This document shows, piece after piece, positions 38,803 through 49,418 of a DNA stretch of 64,000 bases (its first letter is position 1; the number at the start of each line of letters is the position of its first letter). A model generated the notes under the pieces. That model searched no databases. It was given only the letters and a program-made list of their open reading frames with translations, and was not told where the DNA came from. Source of the DNA: a bacterium. Lineage in GTDB: Bacteria > SAR324 > NAC60-12. Both the position numbers and the translations under genes were made by a program. The DNA is taken from NCBI GenBank assembly GCA_965209155.1, contig OZ242383.1, positions 1 to 64,000 of the forward strand, given 5' to 3'.

Positions 38803-39486
38803 TCAACGGCGTAGAATGGCCAACCAGCGCCACAAGTTGAGCAGTCCTGCCAGGGAACTGGCAACGTAGGTGAAGGAACACGCGGTCAGGATTCGACGGA
38901 CGACTTTCTGGTCGTTCTCTTCGATGTATTCCCCCTGCTGGAGGATGGGAAGGGCTTTTTTGAAACTGGCATCCAATTCCACGGGAAGGGTGATCAGGTG
39001 CACCAGGGAAGGTCCGCCCAGCGCGCACAACCCTCCGAGGAAAGTGAGCAATCCCAAGGCCGGGGCGCGACTGATCAAAGCGAGGACGGGAGTGGCCAGG
39101 ATGATGAGCGAGCCGAATTTTTCCATTTTTTGTGAGAGCAGCACCAGCCGGGTACGCCATGCCAGAGGACGGTACCCCGTATGATCCTGCACCGCATGGC
39201 CCACTTCGTGGGCGGCAGTGGCCACGGCCGTGAGGGATTTCCCGTTCATGTTGCTCGCGGACAACCTGACAGTCTTCGTGAGAGGGTCGTAATGGTCTCC
39301 CAACTCGGTTTCCTCGACGCGCACCTCGCGCATGTCGAATTGTTCGAGCAAATGAAGGGCGAGTTCCTTCCCGGTACCGGGAATGTCTTTGCGGGAGGCG
39401 CTATAACGGGACAAGGTCTTTTTAGCCCAGTAATTGGGAAGGTAAAGCACCAGGAGGAATAAAATCAGGGGGATCAGGACCTGCAT
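38803..39486 (-). CDS. Zinc metallopeptidase (YugP-like)
   Basis: DHYDP, AAHEVGHAVQ, TLPVELDAS. Confidence 0.9.
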   Translation of the reverse strand: MQVLIPLILFLLVLYLPNYWAKKTLSRYSASRKDIPGTGKELALHLLEQFDMREVRVEETELGDHYDPLTKTVRLSASNMNGKSLTAVATAAHEVGHAVQDHTGYRPLAWRTRLVLLSQKMEKFGSLIILATPVLALISRAPALGLLTFLGGLCALGGPSLVHLITLPVELDASFKKALPILQQGEYIEENDQKVVRRILTACSFTYVASSLAGLLNLWRWLAILRR

Positions 39487-39495
39487 GAATTGAGC

Positions 39496-40122
39496 TCAAT
39501 GGGTGGCACCGGACAGGTTGGGGAGTTCCGCTTGTTCCGTGAGGGAACGGAGTTTTTCCATTTTTTCATTTTCAGCCCCGGGTGGGACGGTGTTCCCGTC
39601 ATCCGGGTCCATGTCCAATTCCGCCAGGCTGGGGAGATTGCTGAGTTTATTCAAACCGAAGATTTCCAGGAAAAAATCGGTCGTGCCATACAAAATGGGA
39701 CGTCCCGCTGTTTGTTCTTTACCCACCACCCGGATCAATTTACGCATGAGGAGGACTTTCAAGGTATGGGAGGAATCCACCCCGCGGACAAATTCAATCC
39801 GGGTGCGAGTGACGGGTTGTTTGTAGGCCACAATAGCCAGGGTTTCCAGGATGGGCAACGAGAGCTTGACCGGTTTGACCGGTTCCAGTTTTTGAATCCA
39901 AGGGCGAAATTCGGGTTCGGTGCGCATCTGGAAGCCTCCGGCCACTTCCCGGATGCGAAAAACCCGTCCGGATTCGTGGTAATCTCGATTGAGTTGCGCG
40001 ACGAGGTTCCGCACCTCTCGCGCATTTTCCATTCCCAGCAGTTCGAGCAGTTGACGCGGCGGAATCGACTGGGGCGATGAAAAGAGAATCGCTTCCACGA
40101 TTTGCGCTTTGTTTTTTTCCAT
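39496..40122 (-). CDS. scpB: SMC-Scp complex subunit ScpB
   Basis: VEAILF, LETLAIVAYKQPVTR, RGVDS, GRPILYGTT. Confidence 0.93.
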   Translation of the reverse strand: MEKNKAQIVEAILFSSPQSIPPRQLLELLGMENAREVRNLVAQLNRDYHESGRVFRIREVAGGFQMRTEPEFRPWIQKLEPVKPVKLSLPILETLAIVAYKQPVTRTRIEFVRGVDSSHTLKVLLMRKLIRVVGKEQTAGRPILYGTTDFFLEIFGLNKLSNLPSLAELDMDPDDGNTVPPGAENEKMEKLRSLTEQAELPNLSGATH

Positions 40123-40391
40123 GAGTGTGCTTTCTCCTTCCCCTCCGTGGCGTTTCCACCCGGAGAGGAAGATCGAAGACAACCTGGGGCAAGATGCGGG
40201 ATGGGTTCCTCGAGTTCGCAATCCGGGTATTTCATTTTTTGCCATATTTCATGCGAATAGTCAATTTTCCATTTTTCTGAAAAATTTCCCGGCCCCTCCC
40301 GGAACTATTGATTTTTTACCCGGAATGGGTTATTGAAGTTCAAACCAGTTAAAATTGTCCGTATTGCCACGATCAAAATAGAGGAGGAACC

Positions 40392-42068
40392 ATGGACGCG
40401 AACAATCAAAAAAATTCAGAAGATTTCATCACTCCATTGGAATGTCTTTATCGTTGGGAAAAAGAACGACCCGGAGCCAACTACTTGCACCAGCCCTGGC
40501 CCGACGGCCGGGTGGAAACTTTCACTTGGGGCCGGGTGATGAAAGAAGCCCGCAGCATGGCGGCTCATTTACAGTCTTTAAAACTCGAACCCAAGAGCCA
40601 GGTTGCTTTGATGTCCGCCAACTGCGCCCACTGGTTGATGGCGGACTATGCCATTTGGATGGCGGGTCACGTGTCCGTCCCCATTTTTCCGACCCTGGGA
40701 AAAGACGAAGTGAACTACATCGTCGAACACAGTGAATCGAAAGTCTTCTTTGCAGGAAAAATGGAACACTGGGAGCAAGTCAAACCCGGGATCAGCATCC
40801 CTTGCATCGCCTTTCCCCACAACCAAGACGACCAGGTCCCGTCCTGGAATAAAATCGTGGCGGAGACCGCTCCCCTTTCCGGTAATCCAAACCGGGAGAT
40901 GGATGAACTGGCGAGCATCATCTATACCTCGGGGAGCACCGGGACGCCGAAGGGGGTGATGATCCATTTTCGTCACATGGCCATGGCTGCAATTGGATTC
41001 AAGGACATCCTGGTTTTATCTCCCGCCGACCGCATGATTTCCTACCTCCCCTTGTCCCACGTCGCTGAACGGATGCTGGTGGATGTGAATTCGGTCTATC
41101 GAGGTTTCGAGGTCTTCTTCGCCCACAGCCTGGATACCTTCCTGCAAGATTTGCAAAGGGCCCACCCGACCCTGTTTTTCAGCGTACCTCGCCTTTGGAT
41201 AAAATTCCAAATGGGAGTGTTTGAAAAAGTGCCCCGCAAGAAACTGGATTTCCTGCTGAAAATCCCCATTCTCTCGTCGCTCCTGAAAAAAAAGATCATC
41301 AAAGGATTGGGTCTGGATGCGGTGCGTTATGCAGGCAGTGGGGCGGCGCCCATCCCGCGGAGTTTACTGGAATGGTACCAGAAGTTGGGGCTGGAAATCA
41401 TAGAAGGTTATGGTATGACTGAAAATTTCGCTTATTCACACGTCAACGAACCGGGGAACGTGAAATTCGGATCCGTGGGAAAAAACAATCCCCTGGTGGA
41501 AAGCAAAATCGACGAAAACGGCGAGGTGCTCATCAAAAGTCCGAGCAATATGGCCGGTTATTTCAAAGATCCCGAAAAAACCAAAGAAGCGCTCAGGGAG
41601 GACGGTTACCTGCGCACCGGCGACATGGGGCGTTTCGACGAACAAGGACGGCTGACCCTGACAGGGCGCGTGAAAGAGCAATTCAAAACCACGAAGGGAG
41701 AATACATCGCCCCTGCTCCCATTGAAGATTCGATCATGCAGCATGATAAAATCGAAATGGCCTGCGTTTGCGGGGAGGGATTGAACCAACCCCTCTGTCT
41801 CGTCAATCTTTCGGAACAAGGGCAGGCGGAATATGGCAGAGACCAGAGATCGATTGCCGACGACCTGGGGCGTTTCCTGGAGCAGGTCAACCGAGGCTTA
41901 TTGAACCATGAACGGATCGCTTCCTTTGTTGTCATTCCGCAAACCTGGCAGCCCGACAATGGATTCCTCACCCCAACCTTGAAAATCAAGCGCCACGTGA
42001 TTGAAAAAGAATATGGCGCTCAATTCGAAGGTTGGGAGTCACGGAAAGAAGCGGTGATTTGTCTCTAG
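40392..42068 (+). CDS. AMP-binding long-chain acyl-CoA synthetase
   Basis: YTSGSTGTPKG, EGYGMTE, LRTGDMG, LTPTLKIKR. Confidence 0.92.
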   Translation: MDANNQKNSEDFITPLECLYRWEKERPGANYLHQPWPDGRVETFTWGRVMKEARSMAAHLQSLKLEPKSQVALMSANCAHWLMADYAIWMAGHVSVPIFPTLGKDEVNYIVEHSESKVFFAGKMEHWEQVKPGISIPCIAFPHNQDDQVPSWNKIVAETAPLSGNPNREMDELASIIYTSGSTGTPKGVMIHFRHMAMAAIGFKDILVLSPADRMISYLPLSHVAERMLVDVNSVYRGFEVFFAHSLDTFLQDLQRAHPTLFFSVPRLWIKFQMGVFEKVPRKKLDFLLKIPILSSLLKKKIIKGLGLDAVRYAGSGAAPIPRSLLEWYQKLGLEIIEGYGMTENFAYSHVNEPGNVKFGSVGKNNPLVESKIDENGEVLIKSPSNMAGYFKDPEKTKEALREDGYLRTGDMGRFDEQGRLTLTGRVKEQFKTTKGEYIAPAPIEDSIMQHDKIEMACVCGEGLNQPLCLVNLSEQGQAEYGRDQRSIADDLGRFLEQVNRGLLNHERIASFVVIPQTWQPDNGFLTPTLKIKRHVIEKEYGAQFEGWESRKEAVICL

Positions 42069-42083
42069 CGCTTTTGATGATTT

Positions 42084-43121
42084 TCAGAGGAGCGGAAGCG
42101 TGATGGCCTGTTCATCACGCAGGCTGAGGTTGACGGCTTCGGTGAACTCCATATATTTGACGCCGTCTTCGAATGATGTGTGCGTGATCCCTTCGTTTCC
42201 CCGGATGGCGCTGATGAATTCTTCCTCGACGCGCCATCCTCCTTCTTCCCCGGGGGGGATGGGAATCTCGGAAAGCGATGGGTCGGATCGTCGTCCTCCA
42301 AGCAGTTGGTCGTCCACGAATTTCAGGGTCCCTTGACTACCGAAAAGGAGGATTTCGAATGCCGGTTGCAACCCGGTGACGTTGGAGATTCCAAAACGCG
42401 CCTGGGCGCCGCAAACCATATCCGCGAGCACATCGAGGTGTTCCGGAACCTGCACTGCGCGTTGCAGGCCGGTTTGCGGGTCTTTACGCATTTTGACGAA
42501 AGTCTTTCCCATTGCCATGACTTTACGGGCATTCCCCACCCAACGCATGACGGCTTCATAAAATATTCCCATCGTCATGATGTTGAGACCGCTGAGATCG
42601 ACGTCCTGACGCCAATGCAGGGGGGCATCGGGCTCGATAAAATTGCCATAGTGTCTGACTTCGAGGGCCAGTAAATTTCCCAAAAACCCTTCCGCGATCA
42701 TTCGCTTGATCGTATTGTCCACTTTCAGGGTGTGAGGGGCAGGGACGAGCTGGGTGATCAAATCCGGTCTCTCGCGTGAAGCCTCGAGCATCGCATGGGC
42801 CTGGAAAGCATTCATGGCCATGCGAGCTTCGCACAAGACGTGTTTGCCGGCCTGCAAGGCGGCGAGGGTCATTTCGCAATGGGTGTAGGGCCAGGTTCCG
42901 ATGACGATGGCATTGGTGTCGCTCGCCTCGATCAACTGGGACCAGTGTTCGTAGATGGTCGGGATATTGAATTGGTCGGCCACTCGTTTCGAGGATTGAT
43001 GACTGCGATTGCAGACGCTGGTTACTTCCACGCCTGCGATGGCCTGCAAACCGGGGATGTGAAATTTGGTGGTGTTGGCTCCCGCGCCGACCACGCCGAT
43101 ACGGATTGTTTCGTTGCTCAT
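42084..43121 (-). CDS. Gfo/Idh/MocA-family oxidoreductase
   Basis: IGVVGAG, AGKHVLCEARMA. Confidence 0.9.
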   Translation of the reverse strand: MSNETIRIGVVGAGANTTKFHIPGLQAIAGVEVTSVCNRSHQSSKRVADQFNIPTIYEHWSQLIEASDTNAIVIGTWPYTHCEMTLAALQAGKHVLCEARMAMNAFQAHAMLEASRERPDLITQLVPAPHTLKVDNTIKRMIAEGFLGNLLALEVRHYGNFIEPDAPLHWRQDVDLSGLNIMTMGIFYEAVMRWVGNARKVMAMGKTFVKMRKDPQTGLQRAVQVPEHLDVLADMVCGAQARFGISNVTGLQPAFEILLFGSQGTLKFVDDQLLGGRRSDPSLSEIPIPPGEEGGWRVEEEFISAIRGNEGITHTSFEDGVKYMEFTEAVNLSLRDEQAITLPLL

Positions 43122-43201
43122 AGTGATTTTTCAACGTTAAGGGATAAAGATTTGCGTATTTAAAAAATGAAGACCATCTTAAAAAATTCCTCCGAGCGGG
43201 T

Positions 43202-44149
43202 TCAAGTTTTTTTCCCCGCATTCAATCCTGCGGATTGGAGGAGGGTTTCCAATTGGCTGAGGTCGGCAGGCAACAAGACGTTGGTGTCGCCTTTGGCAAG
43301 TTGACCGAACTGGGTCAAATATTTCTTGCTCAGTTGGAGGCGGATGGATTCGTCGCCATGCTCCCGGGCGATGGCCTCGCCCACTTCCGTGATCGACCGG
43401 GCAGTGGCATCGGCGATGGCCCGGATGGCTTGCGCTCTTCCTTCCGCTTCATTGATTTGCCGCTGCTTTTCTCCTTCCGACTGGTTGATCAGCTCCATTT
43501 TCTCTCCCTCCGAACGGTTGATCCGGCTGATCATCTGTCCTTCCGATTCGGCAATAACCGCCCTCCGTTTACGCTCGGCAGAGGCTTGCTTTTCCATCGA
43601 ATCTTTGACGGTATCGGGAGGAACGATGCTCTTGATTTCGTAACGATTGACGTGGATGCCCCAGAGATTGCTGGCTTCATTCAAGACGTCGACCACTCGC
43701 GCGCTGATAAAATCTCGTTCTTCGAAAGTCCGATCGAGCTCAAGCGTGCCGATGATGGAACGGATGGTGGTTTGCGCGAGTTGAATGGCGGCTTCATGGT
43801 AATCCATCACGCCATAACTCGCTTTGCGAGGCGCTTCCACTTTGAGGTACATGATCCCATCGACTTCCACTTTGACATTGTCTTTCGTGAAGCACTCCTG
43901 TGGCAGGACTTCGATGGATTGCTCCTTTTCATTTTGTCTGTAGGCCACCTTCTCCACGAAGGGGATCAAGGCGTGCAGTCCGGGATCGAGGGTACGATGG
44001 TATTTGCCGAGACGCTCCACGATGTAAGAGGATTTTGTCGGTACGAATTGGATGGCCCTGATAAACTGGGTGACGAATATCAGGAATAACACACCCCAGA
44101 ATATGAAGTTGAACGCGCCCATAAAATCGATTCCTGCTGACCAGTCCAT
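43202..44149 (-). CDS. SPFH/stomatin-like protein
   Basis: VERLGKY, TKDNVKVEVDG, LAQTTIRS. Confidence 0.92.
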   Translation of the reverse strand: MDWSAGIDFMGAFNFIFWGVLFLIFVTQFIRAIQFVPTKSSYIVERLGKYHRTLDPGLHALIPFVEKVAYRQNEKEQSIEVLPQECFTKDNVKVEVDGIMYLKVEAPRKASYGVMDYHEAAIQLAQTTIRSIIGTLELDRTFEERDFISARVVDVLNEASNLWGIHVNRYEIKSIVPPDTVKDSMEKQASAERKRRAVIAESEGQMISRINRSEGEKMELINQSEGEKQRQINEAEGRAQAIRAIADATARSITEVGEAIAREHGDESIRLQLSKKYLTQFGQLAKGDTNVLLPADLSQLETLLQSAGLNAGKKT

Positions 44150-44215
44150 GATATTTCCTCCTGCTGAACGTTATTTCCGAATGATCTTCATTTTTACTGC
44201 AAACTTCAGTCGATT

Positions 44216-45139
44216 TTATTCCTTTTTTTCTCCGGAAGGAATGCTATCCGCCACTTGAGTGATGCCTTCAAAAAAACCTTTGATGTTGGCCAGTTGCGCC
44301 GGTACCACCGACACGTTGGCATTTTGTACGATTTCGCCGAACTCATCGATAAAATGTTCCTTGATTTGCATGGCCACGGCTTCGTTCCCGCCCGGTTTCG
44401 CAATGGCCCCGGCAATGACGGCGATTCCGCGGGCAGTGGCTTCCGCGAGCAACTGAATTTCCTGCGCCTTCCCTTCCGCTTCATTGATACGCCGGGTCCG
44501 TTCACCTTCCGAGAGATTGATCTTTTCCTGACGATCCGCATTGGAGGCGTTGATGGTGGCTTGCTTCTGGGCTTCGGCGAGGGTGATTTCCGCCCGTTTT
44601 TCCCGTTCGGCTTCCATTTGCTGTTCGAGGGTCGCAATCATGGTGTTGGAAGGCGTGATGTCCTTGATTTCATAACGCAAGACCTTGATGCCCCAGGGAT
44701 CGGAAGCGTGGTCGATTTGCTTGACCACGTTTTCATTCAAGCTGTCCCTCTCGGAAAAAGTCTGGTCCAGGCTCAATTTGCCGATCTCCGAACGCATCGT
44801 AGTTTGCGCGAGGTTGGTACTCGCCCGCACGTAATCTTCGATGCCATAGCAGGCCCGGTAAGGATCCATCACTTTCAAATAAACCACCCCATCGACGCTC
44901 ATCTGGATGTTGTCTTGTGAAATGCAATTTTGCTTTTCCACGTCGTGGAATTGCTCCCGCATGTCCACTCGATAGGCGATTTTGTCAATCATAGGAATCA
45001 GCAGGTGAAAACCGGGATGCAAGACTTTCTGGAATTTTCCGAAACGCTCCTTGATCATGGTCAGGTGATTGGGAACAATCACCATGGACAATTTCAAGAT
45101 GATCAGGATCGCAATCATTAAGAGAGTGAGGAATGTCAT
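44216..45139 (-). CDS. SPFH/stomatin-like protein
   Basis: ERFGKF, DNIQMSVDG, LAQTTMRSEIG. Confidence 0.92.
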   Translation of the reverse strand: MTFLTLLMIAILIILKLSMVIVPNHLTMIKERFGKFQKVLHPGFHLLIPMIDKIAYRVDMREQFHDVEKQNCISQDNIQMSVDGVVYLKVMDPYRACYGIEDYVRASTNLAQTTMRSEIGKLSLDQTFSERDSLNENVVKQIDHASDPWGIKVLRYEIKDITPSNTMIATLEQQMEAEREKRAEITLAEAQKQATINASNADRQEKINLSEGERTRRINEAEGKAQEIQLLAEATARGIAVIAGAIAKPGGNEAVAMQIKEHFIDEFGEIVQNANVSVVPAQLANIKGFFEGITQVADSIPSGEKKE

Positions 45140-45148
45140 CGCTTCCTT

Positions 45149-45622
45149 TCATAAATCAGAGGATTGAGTATTATCCGCAGGGCATGCCTCGACGTACCAG
45201 AGCAGTTCTTCCCGTTCGATCAGTTTCACTTTTTCGCCGGGAGGAATGGTGTCCGTGCCGGTGGTCGCAGCCCAGGTCGTCCCACGCAAGCGGATACGTC
45301 CGTTTTCGTGCTCCGGACTGATTTCTTCCACCACTTCGGCAATTTCACCAAAAGCGTCCAGGTCCTCGTCCACGTATTCGATATGACTTTCGCTGGGAAA
45401 GAATTTGGTCAACGACCCTCGAAAGAGGAGAACCATACTCATGGAAAGTACGAACCAGTACGTGAATGATTCCACCAGGCCGTCGATCCACCCGCTCCAT
45501 CTTCCCAAGGCGATGATGAGGGCGCTGGCTCCTAAAAATGCGACAACGGCACCTGGAATGAGGAATTCCGAGAGGATCAGAATTATTCCGGCAATGAGCC
45601 AGATCCAAGTGATCGAATCCAT
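45149..45622 (-). CDS. NfeD-family protein
   Basis: Hydrophobic N-terminus plus OB-fold GRIRLRGTTWAA; upstream of the SPFH pair. Confidence 0.88.
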   Translation of the reverse strand: MDSITWIWLIAGIILILSEFLIPGAVVAFLGASALIIALGRWSGWIDGLVESFTYWFVLSMSMVLLFRGSLTKFFPSESHIEYVDEDLDAFGEIAEVVEEISPEHENGRIRLRGTTWAATTGTDTIPPGEKVKLIEREELLWYVEACPADNTQSSDL

Positions 45623-45810
45623 GTGCGAACCTCCCGAATGAACTGCGTTGGAGCAGGGACCAGGCCATTCATGGGGCTTGGACGAATCAAATAATAACAC
45701 ATTATAATGTTTTTTGTTATTCTTCAAGCCTGTTTTTGTATCATACCCTCGGTTATTATCTCAGGGTCAAAGCGCATACATGTTATTCTCCATCCATCTA
45801 TTCTCCGCAT

Positions 45811-46307
45811 TGTCATTCCTGGCCCAGACCAGGAATCCAGTCTGCCTCTGTGCCTTTGTGCCTTTGTGCCTTCCCCTTGTGTCCTTCCGGGCTTGACCAG
45901 GAATCCATTCTGCCTTTGAGTCCTTCCCCCCTTTGTGCCTTTGTGCCTTCCCCTTGTGTCATTCCTGGCTTGACCAGGAATCCAGGGTCGTTTTCGATAG
46001 CTTGGCTCACCGCTCTCCGCTTTCTCGGGGACAAGTTTAGCGAGTATGACAGATACACAGTGTCCTTCCTGGCTTGACCAGGAATCCATTCTGCCTTTGT
46101 CCCTTCCCCCCTTTGTGCCTTTGTGCCTTTGTGCCTTTGTGCCTTCCCCTTGTGCCTTCCCCTTGTGTCCTTCCTGGCTTGACCAGGAATCCAGTCTGCC
46201 TTTGTCCCTTCCCCCCTTTGTGCCTTTGTGCCTTTGTGCCTTTGTGCCTTCCCCTTGTGCCTTTGTGCCTTCCCTTTGTGTCCTTCCTGGCTTGACCAGG
46301 AATCCAT
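45811..46307. repeat. REP-like palindromes (TCCTGGCTTGACCAGGAATCC) interspersed with (TGTGCCTT)n octamers
   Basis: About six palindromes with octamer runs; related inverted cluster at 58405-58685. Confidence 0.9.
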
Positions 46308-46457
46308 CCGAAATGGAAGGAGAACATCAGCGGAATTTTTAAAGCCCTGCCTGATTTTGTTCTGGTGAAAAATCGACCCGGATGCTATAAATCCCTTTCT
46401 CAGTGGAAAGCAGGAGGTGGAGTCAGGAATTGCGAATCAAAAAAGAAGGAGCCAACC

Positions 46458-47519
46458 ATGAAAAGTTATCAAGTTATGGAACTCAGCCAACCTTTGCAGT
46501 TGGTGGAAAGCGAAACCCCGGAACCTGTTGGCACGGAGGTACTTTTGAGGACCATTGCCTGCGGTGTCTGTCATTCGGACGTGCATTTGTGGCATGGCGG
46601 GTTTGATCTCGGCGGCGGTAATTTTTTGTCCTTACAAGCCCGTGGGATGAAACTTCCCATGGTGCTCGGACATGAACCCATCGGCGAGGTGATCGCCCTG
46701 GGCCCGGACGCGGAGGGAGTGAACATCGGGGAAACCCGGCTCATTTTCCCTTGGATTGGCTGCGGCCACTGCGAGCGATGCAGGGAGGAGCATGACAATG
46801 ACTGCAACAACATGCGCACGATCGGCATTTTCCGACCCGGAGGGTATGCCGATCATGTGCTCTGCCCGGATCCGAAGTATCTCCTCGACACCAGTGGAAT
46901 CGATCCCATTTATGGTTGTACCCTGGCCTGCGCGGGGATCACCGCCTTCAGCGCGTTGCGCAAGACCTTGCCCCTCGCCGGGGACGACCAGGTCGTAATC
47001 ATTGGAGCCGGCGGCCTGGGACTGACCGGCATCGGCATTGCCCCGGGCTATCTCGAACGGGAAGTGATCGTGGTCGACGTCGAGGAGCGGAAACTCGCCA
47101 CCGCTCGCAGCACGGCAGGAAACCATCCCATAGAAACCATCAATTCGAGCGATGGCAAGGCCGTGCAGGCAATCCGGGACCTGACCCATGGCGGCGCAGG
47201 CGCAGTCGTCGATTTTGTGGGGTCGCCGCAAACCGCCAAACTGGGTTTTGACGCCATCCGAAAGGGAGGAAAATATGTCGCAGTGGGTCTCTATGGGGGC
47301 GAAATTTCCGTCTCCATTCCCTTGTTACCGTTGAGACACGTGAGCCTGCGAGGCTCCTACGTGGGAAACCTGGCTGAAATGCAGGAGCTCGTTGCGCTCA
47401 CCCAGGCAGGAAAAGTCCAGGCGCTTCCCGTCCAAACCAGGTCCATGACGGATATCACCCACACCCTGCAAGAACTGGAGGCTGGTGGGGTCACGGGCCG
47501 GGTGGCGGTGGTGCCGTGA
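46458..47519 (+). CDS. Zinc-dependent alcohol dehydrogenase
   Basis: CGVCHSD, GHE, CGHCERC, GAGGLG. Confidence 0.93.
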   Translation: MKSYQVMELSQPLQLVESETPEPVGTEVLLRTIACGVCHSDVHLWHGGFDLGGGNFLSLQARGMKLPMVLGHEPIGEVIALGPDAEGVNIGETRLIFPWIGCGHCERCREEHDNDCNNMRTIGIFRPGGYADHVLCPDPKYLLDTSGIDPIYGCTLACAGITAFSALRKTLPLAGDDQVVIIGAGGLGLTGIGIAPGYLEREVIVVDVEERKLATARSTAGNHPIETINSSDGKAVQAIRDLTHGGAGAVVDFVGSPQTAKLGFDAIRKGGKYVAVGLYGGEISVSIPLLPLRHVSLRGSYVGNLAEMQELVALTQAGKVQALPVQTRSMTDITHTLQELEAGGVTGRVAVVP

Positions 47520-47687
47520 TTTCACCCCCTGGCAGGTTGAGATCCCAAGTCTTGAACAAATCAGGATATGCCGGGCTGGACTTTAGACATATTTTTGAGA
47601 ATTATGGCATATATCAGACTTGCATGGCCTCCATTTTCCTCAGCTGATTTTAATTGAATTGCGCACATAGAAAGGGGAGTCGCGTTT

Positions 47688-49418
47688 ATGGATAAGAAAC
47701 AATTGCTCATTCTGGGTTGCTCACAAGCCAAAAGAGAAGACAGTGGTTTGCTTCCTGCGATCGACCGTTACAACGGCCCGATGTACCAATCCCTGAGAAA
47801 GTTTTTGCGAGACAACCAGTGGCCACAAGATGTCTCTATTGCGGTTCTTTCTGCAAAATATGGTTTGTTTGGAATCCTGAAAGGTATCGAACATTATAAC
47901 ATGAAGATGAACGCATCCACGGTTGATGAAAAAATTTCAGAGTGTCGTAGAACACTTAAAAAATGGGAACCTCATCATTACATTGCTCACCTGTCGCTAG
48001 GGAAGGACTATCTCCCCGCTATTCAGCCCGCGCTGAAAAATTTGATGTTCGAAACAAAGATTTTCAAAGGTCCTATTGGCATTAAGAGAAATCAAATCAA
48101 TTCTTTCCTTGATAGCAACTCGCCTGGCTCTCGTGTGAAAGCCGAGGTTGAGGGTGGCACCGGTGAGTATCGTTATTTCCTTCCGGATTGGGACGACCTC
48201 TTGGATAAAAATTTCGACTTTGAGCAAGACTCCTTCTCGGGAAAAAAACCTGCAGAGAGAGAGGACATACACTGTGGCGCTTTGATGCGTCCTGAAAAAA
48301 TGTACGACGGGATTCTAGTCAGCCTTGCCCAGCAAGGAACATCAAAGGGGCAATTACGGAGTTGGAAAGGAAGCGAACTCGGGGCGCTATCACCTCCTCC
48401 ACTACGAAAACATTTCGGACTTTCAACTGGTCAATACCTTTTTGGCGATTGTGGCGCTTTCAGTTACGTGAATGAGGACTATCCAACGATTTCCGTAGAG
48501 CAAGCAGTCTCGCTTTACGAATTACATGGATTTGATTTTGGGGCGTCGGTTGACCACATTCCAGTCAGAAAAATCAAAAAAAATAGCAGATTAACTATTC
48601 TTTCCGATGAGGAACGTCAGGAGAGGGTGAAAATTACGAGAAATAACGCAAAGCAATTTATAGAAGCTAGTAAAAAACGCAAGGCCGGTTTCAATCCGGT
48701 CGGTACTATCCAGGCACTCAACCCGGAGCAGTATGGTCAATCTGTTCAAGAATATTATGACCTGGGATATCGCCACCTTGCTATTGGTGGTCTCGTTCCA
48801 TTAAAGGATGGTGAGATTGAGGACATTGTACAGGCTGTGATTGCTTCTGCCAATGAACTCAAGGAGCGTCCCTGGATTCACCTCTTCGGAATCTTCCGTC
48901 CCAAACTTCAAGATTTATTCCGAGAACTCAAGATCGATAGCTTCGACAGCGCAAGCTACTTCCGAAAAGCGTGGCTTCGCTCCAATCAGAATTATATCGG
49001 TGCCAATGGCAATTGGTATGCGGCATTGCGGGTACCAATGACCAGGGATGGACGTACGCGCCAACAGTTGATAGACGCAAATCTGGACATTGCTCAATTG
49101 GAGAAAGAAGAACGTGAAGTTTTAAACCTGTTATGTAAATACGACAGGGATGAAGTCGGAATCAGCGAAGTTCTGGATGCCGTCCTCAGCTATGACCACC
49201 ACCTTATAAGGTCGACTGAGACACAGTCCATGCGAAAAAAGTATAAAGAAACACTAGAGGAACGCCCTTGGAGAGCGTGCGAATGCACTTTTTGCAAGGA
49301 TATCGGGATACATATTCTAATCTTTCGTGGTGCGAACCGCAACAAGAGACGGGGAGCGCACAACACGCTCATGTTATATCGAGGAGTTCTAAAAGGAAGG
49401 TATGTCCAGGGCATCTGA
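47688..49418 (+). CDS. DUF6884-like domain fused to a DpdA-like tRNA-guanine transglycosylase (TGT) family protein
   Basis: N-terminal ILGCSQAK...AIDRYNG...LSAKYG; YFLPDWDD; FGDCGAFSY; SFDSAS; zinc site CECTFC...HN. Confidence 0.8.
   Translation: MDKKQLLILGCSQAKREDSGLLPAIDRYNGPMYQSLRKFLRDNQWPQDVSIAVLSAKYGLFGILKGIEHYNMKMNASTVDEKISECRRTLKKWEPHHYIAHLSLGKDYLPAIQPALKNLMFETKIFKGPIGIKRNQINSFLDSNSPGSRVKAEVEGGTGEYRYFLPDWDDLLDKNFDFEQDSFSGKKPAEREDIHCGALMRPEKMYDGILVSLAQQGTSKGQLRSWKGSELGALSPPPLRKHFGLSTGQYLFGDCGAFSYVNEDYPTISVEQAVSLYELHGFDFGASVDHIPVRKIKKNSRLTILSDEERQERVKITRNNAKQFIEASKKRKAGFNPVGTIQALNPEQYGQSVQEYYDLGYRHLAIGGLVPLKDGEIEDIVQAVIASANELKERPWIHLFGIFRPKLQDLFRELKIDSFDSASYFRKAWLRSNQNYIGANGNWYAALRVPMTRDGRTRQQLIDANLDIAQLEKEEREVLNLLCKYDRDEVGISEVLDAVLSYDHHLIRSTETQSMRKKYKETLEERPWRACECTFCKDIGIHILIFRGANRNKRRGAHNTLMLYRGVLKGRYVQGI

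Noticed and set aside
37125..38864. 579-aa minus-strand ORF (and 34544..35656 on plus)
   Set aside because: Antisense shadows of well-supported genes in GC-rich coding DNA.
45724..46342. Low-complexity ORFs (HKGTKAQR / LCLCAFVP repeats)
   Set aside because: Translations of octamer and REP-like repeats.
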